Below are positions 56,868-64,000 of a stretch of DNA of 64,000 bases, piece after piece. Positions within the stretch are counted from its first letter, which is position 1; each line of letters opens with the position of its first letter. The stretch comes from an uncultured Acidobacteriota bacterium (GTDB lineage Bacteria > Acidobacteriota > Thermoanaerobaculia > Gp7-AA8): NCBI GenBank assembly GCA_963822445.1, contig CAWGHO010000002.1, forward strand, positions 224,001 to 288,000, in the 5' to 3' direction. A program made the position numbers and the translations under genes. The notes under the pieces were generated by a model. That model ran no database searches. It worked only from the letters and a program-made list of their open reading frames with translations, and was not told the DNA's origin.

Positions 56868-59858
56868 ATGATCCAACCCGGCTCCCGACTCGGTCGTTAC
56901 GAGATCCGCGCGCTGCTCGGCGCCGGGGGGATGGGCGAGGTTTATCTCGCGCACGACGAGCAGTTGCAGCGTCCCGTCGCGCTGAAGGTTCTCGCCCGCG
57001 CGACGAAACAGGACGTCGAGCTGCGCAAGCGCCTAGAGCAGGAAGCGCGCGCGGCATCGGCGCTCAATCATCCGAACATCCTCACGGTGTACGACGTCGG
57101 CTTCGCCGGCGACGAGCAGTTCATCGCCACGGAGTTCATCGACGGCATCACCCTGCGCCAGCGCATGATCCGCGCGGAGCCGACGGTCAGCGAGGTGCTC
57201 GACGTGGCCATTCAGATCGTCTCCGCGCTCGCGGCCGCGGAAGCGGCGGGACTCGTCCATCGCGACATCAAGCCGGACAACGTGATGCTGCGCAGCGACG
57301 GCTACATCAAGCTCCTCGACTTCGGCCTGGCCCGCCCCGCGATCACCACCGAACACAACGAGAGCGATCCCTCGGTAGTGAAGGGCACCGTGTTCTACAT
57401 GTCGCCGGAGCAGCTTCGCGGACTGCTGCTCGACACGCGCAGCGACCTCTGGAGCACGGGCGTGGTGATGTACGAATTGATCAGCGGACGTCTGCCGTTC
57501 GAAGGGGTCAGCTCCGCGGTGGTGGCCAGCAACATCCTTCGCGCGGAGCCGCCGCCGCTCACGCGCCGCTTCGACGAAGCCGTGCCGCCGCGTCTCGCCT
57601 CGATCGTCTCGCGCGCACTGGTGAAGGATCGAGCGAAGCGCTATCAGTCCGCGCGGGAGATGCTCGACGATCTCCATCAGCTCCGCTCCGATCTCGTTCG
57701 CGACGCGTCCGCCATTCAGGGAACGTCGGAAGCGCGGTTGGCCACCACCGAAGATGTGACCGTCGACGCGACCGTTCCGACGAATCTTCCGGTCGCGCTC
57801 ACACCGCTCATCGGCCGCGATGTGGAGCGCGACGACGTCGTGGCCTTGCTGCGCCGCGAAGACGTCCGCCTGCTGACCCTCACCGGTCCGGGCGGTACCG
57901 GCAAAACGCGACTCAGCCTCGCCGCCGGCGCGCAACTGCTCCGCGAATACGACGACGGCGTCTGGTGGATCTCCCTCGGCGCGATCCTCGATCCGCAGCT
58001 CGTCGTTTCGGAGATTGCCAGCGTTCTCTCGGTGGCCGAAGGCGGTCTGCGTCTCCTCGATGGCGTGAAGACCGCGCTCCGCGGAAAGACCGCGCTGCTC
58101 ATCTTCGACAACTTCGAGCAGGTGCTCGACGCGGCGCCGCTCCTCGCCGAGATCCTGACCGCCTCACCGCGCGTGAAAGCGCTGGTCACGAGCCGCTCGC
58201 CGCTGCGCGTGCGCGGCGAGCGCGAATACGCCGTGCCGCCGCTCATGACGCCGCCGCTCGATCTTCCGCTCGACAGTGACGCGCTGGCTGATTTCCCATC
58301 CGTAGCGTTGTTCGTGCAGCGAGCGACCTCGGTCAACAGCGACTTCGCGATGACGCCGGAAAACATGCGTGCCATTGCCGAGATTTGCGTGCGCCTGGAC
58401 GGCCTGCCGCTGGCCATCGAGCTCGCCGCGGCGCGGAGCAAGCTCCTGCCGCCGCAGGCCATGCTCTCGCGTGTCGAGAATCGGCTGAAGTTTCTGTCCG
58501 GCGGCAGCCGCGATCTTCCGAAACGCCAGCAGACGATGCGCGCGGCGATCTCGTGGGGCTATCAGCTGCTCGACGATGAGGAGAAGGATCTCTTCGCGAC
58601 ACTGTCCGTGTTCCGCGGCGGTTTTTCCATCGAAGAGGCGGAGAGGCTGGCGGGGGACGACGTCCTCGACGGAATCTCATCGCTGGTCGACAAGGCTTTC
58701 CTCCGCCGCGACGGTGCTTCGTCCGAGGAGGCGCCGCGGTTCGCGATGCTGGAGACGATTCGCGAATACGGCATCGAATGCCTCATCGAGACCGGCCGCG
58801 AAAAAGAAGCGCGCAACGCGCACGCGCAGCTGATGGCCGGCATCGTCGAGGAGTCGGAGCTCGACGTCGAGCGGATCGCCATCGATGACGACAACTTCCG
58901 CTCCGCGATCGATTGGGCCATCTCCTCGAACGACGCGGAGCTCGGACTGCGCCTCGGCGCGGCGCTCTGGTGGTCGTGGTACGTGCGCGGCCATTACGGC
59001 GAGGGGCGGCGCTGGCTGGAGTCGATTCTCGCGCTGAAGGACGGCGAGGACGTTCCCATTCGCGCGAAGGCGTTGACCGGCGCGGGCGCACTCGCGTTCC
59101 TGCAATGCGATTACGACCGAGCCATCGACCTGCTCGATCAGAGTATCGATCTCGCCCGGCGCCATGGCGATCCGATGAGCCTCGCCCGCTCGCTGCAGTT
59201 CCGCGGCTCGATCGCGCGCGAGCGCGGCGAGTACGAGCACGCCATCGACCTGCATCTGCTGTCGCGCACGATCTGGAACGAGCTCGAGGACCGCGCCAAC
59301 GTCGGCCGCTCGGTGAACTACGTGGCCTTCGCCTCCTGGTTGAACGGCGATTTCGCGCGGACGTTCGAGCTGTGCGACGGAACGCTGCAACTGTTCCGCG
59401 ATCGGAGGGACGTCGAGGGCGTGGTGTGGTCGCTGCTGAACCTCGCCGCGGCTTCGTTGTACTCGGGCAGCACGGAGCGCGCGGAGCAGCGGTTGGAAGA
59501 GTGTCTGTCGTGGTCGCGCACCGGCGGATTCAAGGAGGGCATCGCCTGGTCGCTGAACCTCCTCGGCTACGTGCTCCGCGCGCAAGGCCATCACGACCGC
59601 GCCCTGGCCATCCTCACCGACAGCCTGGCCCTGCACTGGGAGCTCGGCGATCGCTGGCGCACGGCGAGCGTGCTCGAAGCCATCGGCGGTCTTCGCCGCG
59701 AGCCCCGCCTCCTCGGCGCCGCCGCGACGTTGCGCGAAACGCTCGGCGCACCGATTCCGCCCGCGGAACGGCATCAGGTCGACCTCGACATCGCGAACGT
59801 GGGTGTGGAGAAGTGGGAAGGGCCGATCGACGACGCGGTGACGTCAGCGTTGCGGTGA
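56868..59858 (+). CDS. Ser/Thr kinase fused to STAND (NB-ARC-like) ATPase and TPR repeats
   Basis: GAGGMGEVY, HRDIKPDN, DFGLA, YMSPEQ; GPGGTGKT, LLIFDNFE, LDGLPLAIELAAAR. Confidence 0.92.
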   Translation: MIQPGSRLGRYEIRALLGAGGMGEVYLAHDEQLQRPVALKVLARATKQDVELRKRLEQEARAASALNHPNILTVYDVGFAGDEQFIATEFIDGITLRQRMIRAEPTVSEVLDVAIQIVSALAAAEAAGLVHRDIKPDNVMLRSDGYIKLLDFGLARPAITTEHNESDPSVVKGTVFYMSPEQLRGLLLDTRSDLWSTGVVMYELISGRLPFEGVSSAVVASNILRAEPPPLTRRFDEAVPPRLASIVSRALVKDRAKRYQSAREMLDDLHQLRSDLVRDASAIQGTSEARLATTEDVTVDATVPTNLPVALTPLIGRDVERDDVVALLRREDVRLLTLTGPGGTGKTRLSLAAGAQLLREYDDGVWWISLGAILDPQLVVSEIASVLSVAEGGLRLLDGVKTALRGKTALLIFDNFEQVLDAAPLLAEILTASPRVKALVTSRSPLRVRGEREYAVPPLMTPPLDLPLDSDALADFPSVALFVQRATSVNSDFAMTPENMRAIAEICVRLDGLPLAIELAAARSKLLPPQAMLSRVENRLKFLSGGSRDLPKRQQTMRAAISWGYQLLDDEEKDLFATLSVFRGGFSIEEAERLAGDDVLDGISSLVDKAFLRRDGASSEEAPRFAMLETIREYGIECLIETGREKEARNAHAQLMAGIVEESELDVERIAIDDDNFRSAIDWAISSNDAELGLRLGAALWWSWYVRGHYGEGRRWLESILALKDGEDVPIRAKALTGAGALAFLQCDYDRAIDLLDQSIDLARRHGDPMSLARSLQFRGSIARERGEYEHAIDLHLLSRTIWNELEDRANVGRSVNYVAFASWLNGDFARTFELCDGTLQLFRDRRDVEGVVWSLLNLAAASLYSGSTERAEQRLEECLSWSRTGGFKEGIAWSLNLLGYVLRAQGHHDRALAILTDSLALHWELGDRWRTASVLEAIGGLRREPRLLGAAATLRETLGAPIPPAERHQVDLDIANVGVEKWEGPIDDAVTSALR

Positions 59859-62072
59859 GCCCGGTACGACACCTTTTTTCAGCATCTCCAGCGATTCCCG
59901 ATGCCGGAGCAGCCGGTTCATCTTCTCCACCGGGAACTCGTTCGGATACAGCCGCACCAGCGCCGCGGCGACCGCGAATCCGAGATGCACCGAGCGGAGC
60001 GCGCGGCGATCGGTGATGGTGAAGCGCACGCCGCCGCATTCCTCTCCCTTGTGAATGCTCGCCGGAGGCATGAAGCGGATCGGCGTCATCGCCACGCCGG
60101 GAATGACGCCGATCTCGGCGATAAGACGCGGTCCATCGATGTACGGCGCGCCGATGATCTCGAAGGGCGTATCGGTGCCGCGGCCGACCGAGACCTCGTA
60201 TTCAATCAGGCCGAGCCCCGGATACAGACCCGCCCCCGCCAGCGAGCGCATGTTCGGCGAGGTGTTGATCCACGGCAGACCCGCTTCGTCCTGCCATTCC
60301 TCGCGCTTCCAGTTCTTCACGTCGATCACCGTGAGATCCACGTTGATGGACCTCTCGTCGCGAAACTTCTTCGCCAGCTCGCCGACGGTCATGCCGTGGC
60401 GAATCGGGATGGGATGCCATCCGACGAAATTCGTTTCGCCTTCGAGCACCGGTCCTTCGACGATCACGCCGCCGATAGGATTCACCCGGTCCAGCACGAT
60501 GAACCTGATCTTCGCCTCGGCCGCGGCTTCCATCGCCAGGCCCATCGTCGAGATGTACGTGTAGAACCGCGTGCCGATGTCCTGGATGTCGAAGACCAGC
60601 GCGTCCAACCCCGCGAGTTGCTCCGGCGACGGCTTGCGACGCTCGCCGTAAAGGCTGTGCACCGGCAAACCGCTCACGCGATCGTCGCTGACGTCCTCGC
60701 GATCTTCCGTTCCGCGAATCCCGTGCTCGGGACTGAACAGCGCGACCAGCTCGACACCGGGCGCGCTTCGCAGCAGATCCAGCGTGAGATTGCCGGTACG
60801 ATCGATGCCGGTCTGATTGGTGATCAGACCGATCTTCAGGCCGCGCAAAGCTTCGTAGCGAGTCGCGTGCAGAACGTCGATGCCGTTCTGCGCGTCGCCA
60901 CCACCGATCGGGAAACGGATCCGCGGCGTTTGCTTCGGCCAATCCGATTGCAGCGATTCAGCGACGAATGTGCCGAGGCGTCTCTGCAGAGCGACGACGC
61001 TGCCGCTGCCGTCGGGATGCACGCGATTGGAGAGGAAGATGTAGAACGCCTTCGCGCTCGGGACGATCCAGAGGAACCCGCCCGTCCAGCCGGTGTGGCC
61101 GAACGACGTGCCGATCGGGAAGTGCTCGCCGCGCGGCCGCGAGTAATGCGAGTCGATGTCGAACCCGCCCGCGCGTCTGATGGAAACGTCCGGCGGCGAC
61201 ACGACTTCCGTCATCTGCTTCGGAAACACGCCGCCGCGCAGAATCGCCCGCGCGAATTTCGCGAGGTCTTCGGCGGTGCTGAACAGGCCTGCCTGTCCCG
61301 CGACGCCGCCCATGCGCCGGCTGGTCGGATCGTGCACGACGCCGCGCAGGCCGTTTTCCGTCGGGGCGATGCGCTGCGTACGGCGGGCGTCCCGCCCGCC
61401 CCGATCGAGCGTCTCGCTCGATCGTGAGAGCCCGGGCCGGGACGGCCCGGGCGACGCGGGCGGGACGCCCGCCGCACGGAATCCCGTGTCCTTCATCCCC
61501 AGCGGCTCGAAGATGTTCTTTCGTGCGAACACATCCAGCGGCTCGCCGGACACGCGGCTGACGATCTCGCCGAGGAGTGTGTAGTTGATGTCGGAGTAGC
61601 GGAAGACGGCGCCGGGACGATTCCGCGGAACCTCGGCAAGAGCGCGGCCGAGACCTTCCTCGTAACCGCTCCATTCATCGCGCAGGTCGACGTTCGGGCG
61701 AAGGCCGGACGTGTGGGTGAGGAGATGGCGGATGGTGATCGCGCCGTCCCGCAGTTCCGGCAGATACGTTTTCGCGGGTGCGTCGAGCGCGATTTTTTCG
61801 CGATCGATCAGGAGCCAGATCGAAGGCGCGGTGGCGACGACCTTCGTCAGCGAGGCCACGTCGAAGATCGTGTCCGCGGTCATCGTCTCGACGGCCGGCA
61901 CGAGGGCGCGATCGCCGTACGCGCGCGAGTAGACGCGGCCGTCCTGCTCGATCCAGAGCACGCCGCCGGGGATCTTCTTTTCCGCGACGGCCTGATCGAT
62001 CGTCGCGTCGATCTGCGGACGGCTGGTGGTCGTTGCGCAGGCGGCGAGGAGAAGAAAGAGGAGGTAGCGCAT
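59844..62072 (-). CDS. Lipoprotein fusion: beta-lactamase-like serine hydrolase + NamZ (DUF1343)
   Basis: Lipobox LAAC; ASLTK, YSDIN, GHTGWTG; GLITNQTG, FSPEHG, DIQDIGTRFYTY, TSPNMR. Confidence 0.9.
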   Translation of the reverse strand: MRYLLFLLLAACATTTSRPQIDATIDQAVAEKKIPGGVLWIEQDGRVYSRAYGDRALVPAVETMTADTIFDVASLTKVVATAPSIWLLIDREKIALDAPAKTYLPELRDGAITIRHLLTHTSGLRPNVDLRDEWSGYEEGLGRALAEVPRNRPGAVFRYSDINYTLLGEIVSRVSGEPLDVFARKNIFEPLGMKDTGFRAAGVPPASPGPSRPGLSRSSETLDRGGRDARRTQRIAPTENGLRGVVHDPTSRRMGGVAGQAGLFSTAEDLAKFARAILRGGVFPKQMTEVVSPPDVSIRRAGGFDIDSHYSRPRGEHFPIGTSFGHTGWTGGFLWIVPSAKAFYIFLSNRVHPDGSGSVVALQRRLGTFVAESLQSDWPKQTPRIRFPIGGGDAQNGIDVLHATRYEALRGLKIGLITNQTGIDRTGNLTLDLLRSAPGVELVALFSPEHGIRGTEDREDVSDDRVSGLPVHSLYGERRKPSPEQLAGLDALVFDIQDIGTRFYTYISTMGLAMEAAAEAKIRFIVLDRVNPIGGVIVEGPVLEGETNFVGWHPIPIRHGMTVGELAKKFRDERSINVDLTVIDVKNWKREEWQDEAGLPWINTSPNMRSLAGAGLYPGLGLIEYEVSVGRGTDTPFEIIGAPYIDGPRLIAEIGVIPGVAMTPIRFMPPASIHKGEECGGVRFTITDRRALRSVHLGFAVAAALVRLYPNEFPVEKMNRLLRHRESLEMLKKGVVPGSPQR
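61377..61478. repeat. REP-like palindrome family C, in frame inside the serine hydrolase domain
   Basis: 23-bp terminal IR (one mismatch) enclosing two perfect 10-bp hairpins; 102 bp long. Confidence 0.85.
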
Positions 62073-63574
62073 CAGATGGTCACCGGCAGCTTACCCGTCA
62101 TCGCGATCTCCCCGCGCAACGCGCGCATGGCTGCGCGCTGCAGCACCGGCTGAATCCCGTACGCGCAGATGTACGTGCTGACTTCAGGAATCTCACGCAG
62201 GAGGTAGGGGCTGCCGAAGGAGATGGCGATCGTCTTCTTTGCATGTTTTTCCGCGAGACGTCGGGCGGCGGGCGGGATGGTGATGCGGCCGAGGCCGGAT
62301 TTGGCGCGGACCGCGAGGCAGAGCAGGAGGACGTCGGCGTTGATGTCGGTGTGCTGCGTCTCGGAGGTGATGATGTGGTCGGGTGTGATCTCGGTCAGAG
62401 GGTTGCCTTCCACGAGGTCGGTGACGACGACGGTCGTGAATTTCGTCGCGGGTAACAGACCGGCCTCGTCACGCACGAGCGTGATCGCGCGCTCCGCGAT
62501 GTGTTTAGGAGTGCGGTGGCGCGAGCCACCGCTTTGGGACGTACCAAAGCGGCGGCTTTGCCGCCGCACTCCTAGACGTGCCGTTTGAATCCGCTCGACT
62601 GCTTCGTCGATGCGCGACTCGCGAATCCGCCCACTCCGAACCGCGTCAAGCACCGCCGCAATCGCCGCATCAGTGTCTGTCGAAAAAAGAATCTGATCCT
62701 CCCCTGCCTCGATCGCACGCACCGCCGCTTCGCCGGCATCGAAATGCGCGGCCAGCCCGCCCATGTCGAACGAGTCGGTGATCACCAGGCCGTCGAATCC
62801 GAGATCGCGGCGAAGCAGCTCGATCATCCGCGCGGAAACGGTCGCCGGGAGCGTTCCGCCGCGCGTCACTTCGCCGTGGGTGGTGCCGTACGCGTTCTCG
62901 AACTCGGCGCGCACCGGCGCGATGGTGTCATCGAGCGCAGGCACGGCCAGGTGTCCCATCATCACCGAGCTCACCCCGGCCTCGATGGCTGCACGAAACG
63001 GGACCAGTTCCACGGACTCGAGCCGCTCGCGGGTCACATCGAGCACGGGCAACGCGCGGTGCGAATCGACGTGCGTGTCTCCATGTCCCGGAAAATGCTT
63101 CGCCGTCGACAGACATCCGCCGCTTCGGATGCCCCGCACGTACGCGGCCACGTACCGCGAGACCTCCTCGGCGTTCTCGCCGAAGCTGCGCGTGTTGATC
63201 ACCGGATTCTTCGGGTCGACGTTCACATCCGCGACGGGCGCAAGGACGTGATTGATGCCGATCGCCCGCGCGTCGAGCGCTGTGATTCGCGCCTGTTCTT
63301 CCGCGAGCGCAATGTCGCCCGTTGCGGCAAGGGCCATGGCCGGCGGCCACCAGGTCGCATCCGTGCAGCGCATGCCCAGTCCCGACTCCAGATCGGCACT
63401 AACGAGCAGCGGCGTCTCGGAGGCGGCCTGCAGTTCAGCGGTGACGCGCGCGACTTCGGCCGTCGTCGACTCGAACCAGATCACCCCGCCGACATGGTTG
63501 ACGCGGACGTGATGCATCACGTCGCCGCGAACGGGGACGACGAAGAGCTGGCCGATTTTTTTGACTAGGTCCAA
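62072..63574 (-). CDS. nagZ: GH3 beta-N-acetylglucosaminidase
   Basis: SADLESG, APVADVN..PKNPVINTRSFG, KHFPGHGDTHVDSH, VMMGH, ITDSFDM. Confidence 0.92.
   Translation of the reverse strand: MDLVKKIGQLFVVPVRGDVMHHVRVNHVGGVIWFESTTAEVARVTAELQAASETPLLVSADLESGLGMRCTDATWWPPAMALAATGDIALAEEQARITALDARAIGINHVLAPVADVNVDPKNPVINTRSFGENAEEVSRYVAAYVRGIRSGGCLSTAKHFPGHGDTHVDSHRALPVLDVTRERLESVELVPFRAAIEAGVSSVMMGHLAVPALDDTIAPVRAEFENAYGTTHGEVTRGGTLPATVSARMIELLRRDLGFDGLVITDSFDMGGLAAHFDAGEAAVRAIEAGEDQILFSTDTDAAIAAVLDAVRSGRIRESRIDEAVERIQTARLGVRRQSRRFGTSQSGGSRHRTPKHIAERAITLVRDEAGLLPATKFTTVVVTDLVEGNPLTEITPDHIITSETQHTDINADVLLLCLAVRAKSGLGRITIPPAARRLAEKHAKKTIAISFGSPYLLREIPEVSTYICAYGIQPVLQRAAMRALRGEIAMTGKLPVTI
62506..62574. 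repeat. REP-like palindrome family B, in frame inside nagZ
   Basis: TAGGAGTGCGGTGGC...GCCGCCGCACTCCTA, 69 bp; related to 12893-12986. Confidence 0.85.
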
Positions 63575-63582
63575 TCGTCCAG

Positions 63583-63696
63583 GAGTTTATCCCGCGCGAA
63601 GACGCGGGATCATCGGCGCAACCGCGCGATCGTTGCACACGACGTCACGTCTGCCGGTTGCTCCGTTGATCCCGCGTCTGCGCGCGGGATGAACTC
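63583..63696. repeat. REP-like palindrome family D (ATCCCGCG...CGCGGGAT doublet)
   Basis: 41-bp arms at 63583-63623 and 63656-63696 are near-perfect reverse complements. Confidence 0.85.
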
Positions 63697-64000
63697 AATA
63701 AACCGACTGCGAACGTCACCGAAGACCCGACAACCGCATACCAAGGCCAGGCTACCTTCGTGCCGAAGGCCACGAACAGCACCACCAGCAGCCCCGCCGT
63801 CATCCCGGTGAGCGCCGCCGCGGTTCCGCCGCGCTTCGTTGCGCCGAGGAAGAAGACGCCGAGGATCGGGCCGTTGATGAGCGAGGCCACGGAGAGAACG
63901 CTGCTCAGCGCGGAGCGTTCGCTCGTGATCAGAATCAGGCCGACCGCGATCTGCGCGATGCCGGCGATGACAACGATCGAACGCGACCAGCGCATCGCGC
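63645..64000 (-). CDS. Sodium:solute symporter family protein, 3' end (partial)
   Basis: SLINGPILGVFFLG, AALTGM, VAWPWYAVVGS; lies upstream of nagZ. Confidence 0.8.
   Translation of the reverse strand, partial: AMRWSRSIVVIAGIAQIAVGLILITSERSALSSVLSVASLINGPILGVFFLGATKRGGTAAALTGMTAGLLVVLFVAFGTKVAWPWYAVVGSSVTFAVGLLSSSRAQTRDQRSNRQT

Overview
High-GC bacterial chromosome segment. The gene content (VWFA-related protein, IPTL-CTERM protein, TMTC-like glycosyltransferase, STK-ECF pair) is most consistent with an Acidobacteriota-like organism; this is an inference. It carries core genes (queA, thrS-infC-rpmI-rplT, tRNA-Val(CAC), tRNA-Val(GAC)), a YtrA/GntR-ABC operon, a TetR-RND efflux operon, a peptidoglycan-recycling cluster (SSS symporter, nagZ, serine-hydrolase/NamZ fusion), two Ser/Thr kinases and several large secreted repeat proteins. 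Four observations stand out. (1) An unannotated 21-codon leader ORF with 9 Thr codons sits directly upstream of thrS with mutually exclusive antiterminator and terminator hairpins, suggesting a ribosome-dependent attenuator. (2) A ~1.8 kb integrase-less islet in tRNA-Val(CAC), bounded by 85/84-bp direct repeats, carries only an Xre-ImmA/IrrE + PIN(DUF4411-like) gene pair. (3) Several families of REP-like palindromes and heptamer-arm elements are present, and three copies sit in frame inside intact protein-coding genes. (4) Two regions (4.5-7.9 kb and 50.6-56.1 kb) have clustered frameshifts that may be sequencing errors. All calls were made by eye; no database searches were run.
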